A DNA stretch of 62,215 nt, counting the filler, from Basidioascus undulatus (Eukaryota): the NCBI GenBank assembly GCA_000826855.1. It is 10 parts of 10 records of this genome, joined end to end, with 100 filler letters (N's around TTAATTAATTAA, not from the genome) between each part and the next. Parts side by side here need not be neighbours in the genome. Positions count along the whole stretch, not along the records: positions 24,835 to 26,886 come from JTLS01002964.1; positions 26,987 to 29,036 come from JTLS01002965.1; positions 29,137 to 31,185 come from JTLS01002966.1; positions 31,286 to 33,334 come from JTLS01002967.1; positions 33,435 to 35,482 come from JTLS01002968.1; 5 more parts are not named here. The stretch is one strand, 5' to 3'. The position numbers and the translations under genes were made by a program. Each line of letters begins with the position of its first letter. Within the stretch, counting starts at the first letter, position 1. The notes under the pieces are model-generated. The model was not told the origin of the DNA and searched no databases. It saw nothing but the letters and a program-made list of their open reading frames with translations. This document shows positions 24,835 through 34,597 of the stretch, piece by piece.

Positions 24835-26886
24835 CTCCTACCCACCCTTCAGCCTTGTCCTCTACTCCTTGCCTTTTCTTCATCTATCCTGCATCTTGTC
24901 ACCAACCCTGCTGGTAGTCCCCAGTGCAGTCTGCCATACCCAGTCCAGTCCTGACATGTGCAGCACGGCATTGTCCACCAAAAGTCAACTCTGTACAACC
25001 CACAGCAGAACATGCACACTGAGCCCCCAACCTTGAAATCAGCAATGGCGCCTGCACCATGCTCATCAACTCCGGTTTGCCCTGCTCGCTCTGGGGGGAG
25101 GCTGCCTATGTGTATGCCTATGTCAAAAACTGCTTGCTGTATTCTTCGAGGATGACATGCATATGCTTGCAAATGTCCCTGCTCACATGCATGATGACTT
25201 CATCATTGCCAGCACTCCAGTTACACACTTTATGAGTGATATCAAGAGCATTGTTGGATTAGGGGACACTGCACCATTGTCGTCATCCTCCTTGTCAGCA
25301 GCACCATCATCTTCCTCAGTCTCCTCCTCTTCATAGTCCACACTATCATTGCCATCCTCATCTGAAGTATCAGTGTCATCCTCATCCAGTTCTTCCCCCT
25401 CTCTTCAGTCATCCTCACCTTCCAGACCGTTGATTGTGCTCTCTGCACCTGCTCTGTCACCTCATACTTCTGCTCACCCTGCCACTCCTGTCATCCTGGC
25501 TGCTCCTTGTCCACTCCATCACAACATGCTCTCTGTCAACCAATGCCACTCCATCCTCTCTGACCGCTCGCATCCTCTCACTGACCACCTTACTTATCAA
25601 TATGTACACTTCTTTCCCTTTCTTGTTTCCTCTCTGTTTGACACTTTACCTTGTCTCCGCTCTTTGCCCTCCATCCTTTACCCATCTTTCACCTTGAGGT
25701 TGCATGTGATTGTGTCATCATTCCCTTTGATCATGTTGTCCACTTCCCTGCAATCACATGGCCCTTCACCCACATTGTTCTTTCACTCCTCCACATAAAC
25801 ATTCCACTTCCCTTTCACTCCTCCACATTGTAGTTCTTCAAGTCATGATAAAAGGGGCACTTCATCATCTCTACTTTCCTCTTCATGATGATACACTTGC
25901 TCCTAGCTCAGTGGCTGAGTACTGTTCACTTCTGATAGAGATTTGGCCTATCAAACACCTCAGATGACTTCAGATGGCAAGTGATGGCTGGGAGATAGTT
26001 GGGTGATGGCTGGGTGATGGGTGGCATCTATGGCAATGGCAGTGAGATGGTTTGAAAGGGATGAGAGACTCAGCATGTGTAGGGAGGGGTCCAGGCATCC
26101 AGGTGCCTCAGCTATTCTTATCCTGCATATAGCTGCAGTAGGTATTGTGAGCAATTCTCAATTCCTTTCAAATTAGTGGCAGAACCTCACCCACCATTTC
26201 TACCAGCAAGTCTTGGGATTGGTGAAGTTTCCTTCCCCTCCAATGCCTCCAGATGGGTGCTGTTTCTATGGGAGGGGAGGCTTGCCTTTCTTATACTTGC
26301 CAGATTATTGTCATTGCACTTGCACAGGCCTTTTTGTTATCCATCCAATTGTGTTGCATGCAATACCACTTCCAAACTCCACTGAATGGAAAAAAGTTGC
26401 CTGGGGACTAGGGGTGAGAGAGGCAAGATCAGATGGAGTGAGGCTAGCTAACCAGGGGGCTTATAGACAAGAGAGAGGGGGGTGGAGCAGAAACTGCTAG
26501 AACTGTGGCAATGGGATAGAGCATGCTAGAATGTGGCAATGGAGTGGAAGCTGCTAGAAACTGTGGCAATAGTGTTGCTGGCTTGGTTCATGCACTGGGA
26601 TCATGCACTCCTGACAAGGAAAACACTTGCCCCCTTTGTAGTGAGGCTCTTTAATTTAGCCATGGAAGTGTGGTTGCTCCGTGTATAGGGATGCCTGCCA
26701 AGACAAGCTGATATCTTGCTGGGCAAACTGGCACCCAGTGTCATGAACGTCTTAACAAATATTCAATTCTCGACAACTGTCAAACCTTGCCACCTCATTT
26801 TATGCTCTCACCCTTTCCCGACACACTCTCGCCCCCCCTGTCACATTCTCACCCGAGACCCTCTCGAACATTCTGGCAGCCGGTTA
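24835..26886. mobile_element. Putative decayed repeat/transposon relic, strongly CpG-depleted
   Basis: No coherent ORF; CG almost absent while TG/CA are abundant, unlike every other contig; element family not identifiable. Confidence 0.45.
26491..26570. repeat. Three imperfect direct repeats of TGCTAGAA(A)(C)TGTGGCAAT
   Basis: Copies start at ~26495, ~26524 and ~26552. Confidence 0.8.
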
Positions 26887-26986
26887 NNNNNNNNNNNNNN
26901 NNNNNNNNNNNNNNNNNNNNNNNNNNNNNNTTAATTAATTAANNNNNNNNNNNNNNNNNNNNNNNNNNNNNNNNNNNNNNNNNNNN

Positions 26987-28048
26987 GGGATCTAATTCTC
27001 CTCCCCCTACCAGCGGCCTCGGCATCGGCATCACTCCCTCCGCTTTCATCGCGCACCATCACCTCAACACCACCATCGTCGAGCTCTCCCCTCCCGTCTA
27101 CACGCTCGCGCGCGCGCACTTCGGCCTGCCTGAGCCGGACGTCCTCGCGCTCGAGGACGCGCGGTCGGCGGTCGGGCGCTGGGCCGCAGCCGAGGAGGAA
27201 AAGGAGAAGGAAGAGGAGAGGGGGACGTATGATTATGTCGTGCATGATGTTTTTACGGGGGGGAGCGTGCCGGGCTCGCTGTTTACGAGGGAGGCGTGGG
27301 CGGATGTGAGAAGGGTTATGAGAGGGGATGGGGTGCTGGCTGTGGTGCGTTCTTTCCCCCGCCCCCCCACCTTGCCACCTCACTTCCTCTTCTTCTCCCT
27401 CTCTCCCCCGGATTTCTGGAGACGGAGACAGGAGACGGAGACAGGAGCGGAGACAGGAGACGGAGACTGACTGACGCACCGACCATACAAAGAACTTTGC
27501 CGGCGCCGCCTCCTCCCCCGCCTCGACGCTCGTCCTCCGCACGCTTGTGAACGCGTTCGACGGAAACTGCCGCGCGTTCTCGGACCACGCGATCCCGACG
27601 GACGAGGAGGAGCCATTTATCAACATGGTTCGTCGCCTCCCTTGCTTTCCACCTTCCATCTTGCCTTTCACGCTCGCCCCAACGCGTTCTTCCCTCCGTC
27701 CCACTCTCGATCCCTTCCGATCTTTGCTCTCTTCCTCTTTTCCTTCCTGCTAGTTGCCGAAGCTTACCCAGGGTTTGACAGGTCATTTTCTGCACCCCTT
27801 CCTCCTCCTCCACCATCACCTTCCGCCCGCCCACCGCGACCGACGCGTTCTCCCCGATGCGGTCGCACGTCTTCTCGACGTTCCATTCGCACGAGGTCGC
27901 GCTCCCCTCCGTGGATGGAGAGTTGTTGGAAGACAAGGGTAAGGCGAATCCGGGCACGCTGGAGCGCTTGCAGAGGGAGAGCGCGGTCAAGCACTGGGCC
28001 GTCATGCGGGAAGTAATGGGGGACGAGGTTTGGTGGGGGGCTGTTTGA
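26987..28048 (+). CDS. Spermidine-synthase-like SAM-dependent methyltransferase-fold protein, 3' part
   Basis: GLGIG (SAM motif I), TTIVELSPPVYTLARAHFGL, EDAR, YDYVVHDVFTGGSVPGSLFT, DGVLAV/NFAG, FINM/VIFCT, HWAVMREV. Confidence 0.85.
27418..27467. repeat. Intronic (GGAGAC/GGAGACA)n low-complexity tandem repeat
   Basis: ggagacggagacaggagacggagacaggagcggagacaggagacggagac. Confidence 0.8.
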
Positions 28049-28973
28049 AGGGAAGAGGGAGGGGGTGTGCTTTTTGGTTGAATGGAAAAGTATCATAGAG
28101 ATAGTCTGCTCTGCGGCGTGGAGGGCGAAGAATGCCTGGCTTGCGCAACGAGTGTTCTGCCATGTCTGTGCCTTCGCGCACGTCGATTAATTACACATAT
28201 AGTTGATCTCGATGTTTATTTATATATACGGTATCGTGCCGGTATTGGCGCAAACGATTGCATGCTTGCAAGCGCAAGAGGAAATCCGTCCAGCATCCAC
28301 CCAAGTCTTCTTCGACATCTAGGTTTCGTTGGCTCTTTGTATCTCACCATTCACGTTCTTGACTCTTCAGTGCTGCACACCACCTGCCTGTATTATACGA
28401 AAACCATGAGTGAGCTGCAGTGGCCGCAGGCCGGGAGGAGCGCAAACAAAGCTGATGAACGCACGTTGACGTGGATGGACTGTCCGGAGATGTACTGCGC
28501 CCTGTGTATGGCACTTGTTCATCAACAACAAGCTGTAACTTGGAGACTTTCTGTAGGCGGAAGATACCACGTACTCGTGGCTGGCAAACGATCACTGTGC
28601 AGTCGGAGCCCTGGCCGAGGCGCTGGGTTTGGAGGGGCACGCTCGGACGGTTCTCGGACAGGGTGTGGAAGAATGAGACTGGTGGGTTGTGGTAAATATC
28701 TTGCAGTGGCGGTGCTTGCTGTTCCATTGTTTTTGCCTGACTGTTCGTTCGAGGAAGAAGCTGTGCGTCCGTACTATGGCTGTCAATGCAGATTTGGCAG
28801 GTCTTGTGCTGGGTCGCATCGAACGTCAGTAGAACTCTTGCCTCCGCTTACATGACTTTGGGCGCTAATTCTCACTGTCTAGCCCCTTTCCGAAGTATCA
28901 TTCTTCAAGAAGCTTCTCTAATTTTTCAACGGTTTTAGTTCTCACCATCAAGCGTAAGCTAGTGGTAGTCGAG

Positions 28974-29036
28974 ATCAGGGGGTTGCAGGTTCGATCCCTG
29001 CGTCGGTCACGGCCGGCTGGCTCAATGGTAGAGTAT
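28974..29036 (+). tRNA. tRNA halves in inverted order: 3' half (28974-29009) then 5' half (29011-29036, cut by contig end); probably tRNA-Trp, Arg not excluded
   Basis: 3' half: A38, TCAGG, variable GGGTT, T-arm GCAGG-TTCGATC-CCTGC, acceptor GTCGGTC, A73. 5' half: GGCCGGC-TG-GCTC-AATGGTA-GAGT-AT. The acceptor strands pair 7/7 (two G-U). Anticodon not sequenced. Confidence 0.8.
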
Positions 29037-30598
29037 NNNNNNNNNNNNNNNNNNNNNNNNNNNNNNNNNNNNNNNNNNNNTTAATTAATTAANNNNNNNN
29101 NNNNNNNNNNNNNNNNNNNNNNNNNNNNNNNNNNNNCCGTCCCCGCCCCTCTCCCAGGCCCGGCCCGCACTTCCCGACATCCTGGGATGTGGGCGGTGAC
29201 AAGCGACATCTCCACCCGACCGCAAGCGCGGGCGTGCGACACGGTGGCGCACGGCACATGGTCCGCCCCCAGCTCCTGGCGGTACGGCGGCTCGCGGCGT
29301 GCTGCAACCTTGCGAGATTGATTGGGCGTGGGCGTGGGCCCGTCGGCGTTTTTCGGGGGCTCGATGTCCCGGACTGCACGACACACCCCGGCAAACAACA
29401 AATAAACAACACAACGTGGTGTTTATCCAGCGCCAGAGGAACACAGCAGAAGATCACTGCATCAGCAATTGCACTCCCACTCGGGAATGCGAGTGGCGTA
29501 CAAACGGCACTGCACAAACACACCTCTCCTTTGATGGCAAAAATGGGAACCCGTCGAATGCGTATCCAGGCCCTGCGTTACAAGTTGCCGACCATGGCAG
29601 CTTCCTTTCCACCACAAATGGCGCAGCCTGCTCGTCCATCCAGCTGTCACGCCCGTACAAGCTACGCCTACAGTGCAGTATCTCAACCTGAACCTGAGGA
29701 AACAGCAGGCAAGGAGTAGGAAGGAAGGAAGGAAGATGAACGGTCCGGAGAGGAGGTTGCATGTCACATGGGAGTCTGCAGGTGTGCCAATCGACCCATC
29801 CACACAACTCCACGCACTTCCAGCTTACGATATCCATGTTGAAACCACGGTCCTTCCAGAAAGCGAAGCAGAAGAAGTGGCAGCCTGAGGAAGGGAAGGA
29901 AGATGAACGGACCGGCGCGTGGGGTAGGGGTCACATGGGCGACAGACAAGGCAGTCCACCAGTCCATAGCTTGCGGCTTGCGAGCATGCGAGCCGAAGTC
30001 CCAGCTGACCCTCTCGCGTTGTGGGCTGCTGTGGCGGCTCGCCTGTGGCGCCCCGCCCCGCGCTTTTTTCCGCTCGACTGTTTCCCGGACCTGTGCCTCG
30101 CTGCCACGCTCTGCAAAGACCTGAAAGGCCGTCACTTTTGCTGTATACTATTATTTGTGGACCTTGTTTCTTGGCTTCTGGCTCCGGCGGTGGGGAGGCG
30201 GCACGCTCACTGACTCGCGTACTGAGCGAAACGCGAGAAGCCGCTACTTATGGGCTTAGTATCTTCCGCTCGGATTCGGATGGGCGGCAGTTGGGCGGCA
30301 GCGTGGGTGCACGAAAGGGACAGATGGCAGGAGCGATGAGCGATCGGACAGTCGAGAGAACGGAAAGAGTTTCAGCTCCTGAAAGTGCGATTTGAAGGGT
30401 TCGAGCGATAAGTATTCAAGTGCACCAGCGAGAGGAGAGAAGACATCTGGACGGCTTATGAAGAGCGGATAGGGCGCGGAGGAAAAGGGTCAGTTGTAGA
30501 GAGAAGGCTGCGCGGAAAATTCGTTTCAGTAAAAGGGCGCGGTGAGCTCGCAGATGCGAAAGGCAGGGAAGGGATGCAATGTAATGAATCGCCAGGAG

Positions 30599-31185
30599 TC
30601 AAGATCGCACCCGCGGCACGGCGACGTCCCATGGTCCGCTCCAGTCTCTATTCCCGTCCAGGCCAGTCAGTCAACCCATCAGTTTAAGGATGTTTTGCAC
30701 GAGCCTAGGAAAGAAAAAAGAAGGGAAAAGAAGAGGAGGAAAACCAACACACTCTTTCCACCCCCCCGCCCAATCATAAACTCTCCCAGCGCCCCAACGT
30801 ATCCAAGCCTGCACAATAACATACACCCCCGCCGCGCGGGGGTACAGCGGCGCAACCAGCCCCGCCGCCAGCGCCGCAAGCAGTGGCGTGAGGGCGTGCC
30901 TCGCGAGTTGCGGGTGGGCAGCGCGGAGCCGCGGGAGGTAGACGGGCTCGACGACGACGAAGAGCTCGACGGAGAGGAGGACGAGCGCGAAGGCCTCGAG
31001 GTCCGTTGAGAGGCGCGAGGCGAGCACGACGGACGCGCAGAGCGCAGCGTTGGAGGAGAGCGCTTGAGGAAGGGACGAGGCGCGGGAGAGGGGGTGCGTG
31101 CGGGGCCCATCATCCTTGTCTGAAAGAGATGCGGGGGAGGTAGGAGAGGGAGAGGTGGGGGAGGTGGATGGGGCGTTTAGGGAAG
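30599..31185 (-). CDS. GPI2: GPI-GlcNAc transferase subunit GPI2/PIG-C, 3' part
   Basis: ALSSNAALCASVVLASRLSTDLEAFALVLLSVELF and terminal exon ...SGPWDVAVPRVRS* (PIG-C LASRL and GPWD motifs). Confidence 0.85.
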
Positions 31186-31285
31186 NNNNNNNNNNNNNNN
31201 NNNNNNNNNNNNNNNNNNNNNNNNNNNNNTTAATTAATTAANNNNNNNNNNNNNNNNNNNNNNNNNNNNNNNNNNNNNNNNNNNN

Positions 31286-32224
31286 TTGCGTAGAAAGGGA
31301 GAGGGAGACGGAGAAGGGGGAGGGGGGAGGGACGGACCGAGTACCCGAGGAACCCCGCTGTGCGCTGTCCGTACAGCGACGCCATCTGCGCGGAGTTGTT
31401 GGTGTTGTCGCACATCGAGGAAAGTTTCTGTCGTGTTGCACCAAAGCGGGTCAGCCCACATTCCGTACATTCCGATGATGAACGGTTGAAGAGGGCGGGG
31501 CTCACCTGCTTGCACCATCGGCAGTGGCCGCAAGCGATCTGTTTCGGATGCGCGAGTCAGAAGGGGAGAGGGGGAGAGGGAGGGAAGGGGAAGGGAAGGG
31601 AGAGGGAGGGAAGGGGAAAGAAAGGGAAACGGACCTGGAAGCTGCACACCACGCGCTGGCCGATCTTGAACTTCTTGACGTTCTGTCGACGTGCAGAGGG
31701 TCAGGAATCTTCGAGCCAGGTGAGGGACGGAAGACGTACCGGCCCGACACGATCCACCTTGCCCATGAACTCTGTCGATTGGGAGCGGGTGAGATGGCTG
31801 GGGGGCGGGGCGAAGGAAAGTGGAGGACGAACCGTGCCCGAGGATATCGCCCTTCTGCAGGCCGGGGATCTCTGGAAGGCACGGGCTGTGTCAGTATGCT
31901 TCTGGGAGGGAGGGAAAGGGGAGAGTAGCGGACCGTTGTGGTACAGATGGAGGTCTGATCCGCAGACGGTCGTGCCAGTCGTGCGGACGATGACATCGTC
32001 CGGCTGGGTGATGTCCGGCGCTGCGAGTTCCAGTTCCCACATCAGACACCCATCAACCGGCGGGGTAGATGCGGCTCACCGGGCACATCGACGATACGGA
32101 CATCGCACGTCCCGAACCACGCGTTCGCCTTCATCATCCCCCCGTCGTCGCGGGGCTTGTAGCCCGGAATGATCTCGACCGGGATCGTGTTCCCTCCGCC
32201 GCCGACAATGCTCGCTGAAGTCAT
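31286..32224 (-). CDS. Zn-dependent medium-chain alcohol/formaldehyde dehydrogenase, 5' part
   Basis: MKANAWFGTCDVRIVDVP, DVIVRTTGTTVCGSDLHLY, GDILGH/EFMGKV, IACGHCRWC, SSMCDNTN, GFLGYS. Confidence 0.9.
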
Positions 32225-32947
32225 AATTGATGTTTCTCTATGTGTCTGTGTGGTTGGAATGTGTTTCGAGGTGTAATGGAGCGGTACGGGCGCGAAAAAG
32301 TGTGAGTGGCGGCGGAGGTTCTTAAATTGATGCGGGCGGATAGTGAGCGAGCGTAAATGGGTGGGGTCACCCTTTCGCAGCGCGCTGCGTCGCGCACCTG
32401 CGCCGGCGCCTAATTCAGCGATTGAGGTACAAGGGTCAGAAATACCGGTCTTCTGGATGATGCCCAGTGAATGGAAGCTCGAGTGACGGCGGCTGTTCGG
32501 CAGGTCGCGGCGGGCGACCTTCACTGCCTACACCAGCGAAAGCGAGGATACAGCGTCTATTTCAGGGGAGCCAACAGCAGTTTGCGTCTCGAAAAAGCCC
32601 CTCCGACTGCGACTAAGCGGAGGGAGTTTGATCAACCCTGGTCGAAGGTACGGAGATCGAAGACGACGAGGCTCGAGGGGGACTGGATCGAAGTTTCCCT
32701 TGACGCCCAGGGGAGGAAAGGCGATCGAATGTCAGTCGCGTGAGTGCAGAATCGTGAGTAATTTGGTGTCTATGGAAGAACAGCAAACGCGCCGTTGCAA
32801 CGGCGACCCCGTATCTTTTGGCGATGACGGCGGCAGGAGCCAAGTCGCGGGCGCCGCCTCGGGACGGGAGTCGTGCTCTTGACCGCTTCGATCAACCTCT
32901 CACCATCACCCGAATCTCCACCTCCTCCTGGACAATATTTCGTCAAC

Positions 32948-33334
32948 ATGAGGTCCGCAGCTGCAGGCATAATTCATTCCAGGTATCTGGGTGCTCATCC
33001 GCCCCGCTGTTCACTGCAGTTTCAACGACCTCGAGCGAGGCCTGCCCCTGTCCTCGTCCTCCTCACCTCTCCCAGGTCCGCCTTGACCCAGGACCACCCC
33101 GGAAGCTCCAGGAACTGAAATCCCATTGAATACCCCCCAGATGCATTCAACCAGCTCCGAAACCGCCTTTCGATCCAGCTATTCAAGATCAACGGCAACG
33201 TCCAGGCCATCTCCCGCCTCGTAGATGGCATCGGCTCGCCGCGCGAGCAGCGCGGGACGCGGGACGAGCTGTACGTCTGGGCGCTCGCGGTCCAGCTCGA
33301 GCTGTACGGTGGGGGGTTGTGCTGAGCGGGATTT
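32948..33334 (+). CDS. Endosomal/vacuolar syntaxin (PEP12/VAM3/STX7-like), 5' part
   Basis: ATG AG|intron|T gives MSFNDLERG, then FNQLRNRLSIQLFKINGNVQAISRLVDGIGSPRE (Habc helix a). Confidence 0.78.
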
Positions 33335-33434
33335 NNNNNNNNNNNNNNNNNNNNNNNNNNNNNNNNNNNNNNNNNNNNTTAATTAATTAANNNNNNNNNN
33401 NNNNNNNNNNNNNNNNNNNNNNNNNNNNNNNNNN

Positions 33435-34597
33435 CGGCGCGCCGCTGAAGACGCAGTACACGGGCGCGGGGAAGCCCGTGCTCGTCTGGTCCGACGACGA
33501 GGCGCCAGACATCAACGTCCTCACCGCCGCTGAGGAGGACGCGCGGCGCGCCCCGCGCGAGCGGTGGGAAGAGCGCCTCGTCCTGGGGAATGGGTTCCTC
33601 TACCGCGGGGATGTGACGTTGCGGGAGCTGGAGAAGGAGCGCGGCGTGGTGGAAAGGTACTTGGATCTGGTGGAGAGCATCTTGGCTGTTGATGGGAGTG
33701 GGGACGCGGGGGAGCCCGCGCTTGCGGGGACAACGGGGAAGAAGGAGCCCGCCGGCGCGAGGAGGGTCATCAGTGATACGACCGGGCTGCGCCGGATCAA
33801 GGAGCGCGAGGCGAGCGGGGAGCTTGAGGCGCTCAGCGAAGGGGAGGAGGACGAGGTGGAGGAGTCCTCTCTCCCCTCCTGGGCGCGCCGTGACTTCCCC
33901 AGCAACCCGCCACTCGGTCCGTCCTTCCTCTCTCCCTTCCCCCTCCCCTCTTCCCATCCCCATGCACCCACACTCACCGTCTCCCCTTCGCACAACAGCG
34001 AGGCTCCACGCCCTCCTCATCCCGCACCTCCCACCGGACCTCGCGCCGCTCCTCCCCGCGCCGTCCGAGCGGCTCGCGCTCCTCGAGCGCCTCTCGGACG
34101 GGCAGCTCCTCTGCCTCGCATTCAACGCCCTCCTCCGCCGCAGCCGCCGCCCGTGGGGGTTCATCCCCCTCGCGGACGTGCATGATATCGTCGGGCTCGA
34201 ACGCGCGGAGCTGGACGGGGTCGGACCCAAGGGCGGGTGGACCTTCAGGCGTGTGGAGAATCTTCGTATCTGGGCCGCGTGCGTTTGCTCTTTTTCTTTC
34301 TTTCTCTCCGTCTGTCTGGCTTTGTTTCTTCGCCGGCCTGCTGACAACACTGTCCTGCAATCCAGCGCCCTCAAGCTCCGCTACCTCGTCTCCCTCTCCC
34401 CCTCGATCCTCCCCACCCTCCCCTCGACGCTCCCCGCGCCCTTCCCCGCGCGCGAATTCGACCCGAAGCGCATCGCGCGGCGCGAGCCCGGGCGGGAAGA
34501 CGACCTCGAGTGGGCCGCGGGCCGGTGGATCGAGGTGGTCGTCCAGGAGCGCAGGGAGCAGGGCGCGGGGAGGAAGGCGAGCGCGGGGTGGATCTAG
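33435..34597 (+). CDS. Conserved hypothetical protein with calponin-homology-like C-terminal region, 3' part
   Basis: RLVLGNGFLYRGDVTL..., LLERLSDGQLLCLAFNALLRRSRRPWGFI...WTFRRVENLRIWAA/ALKLRY (LsDGxxLC and ENL pattern of CH domains). Confidence 0.65.

Noticed and set aside
26491..26570. CRISPR-like repeat-spacer pattern
   Set aside because: Only three imperfect units, ~10-nt spacers, eukaryotic context, no cas genes.
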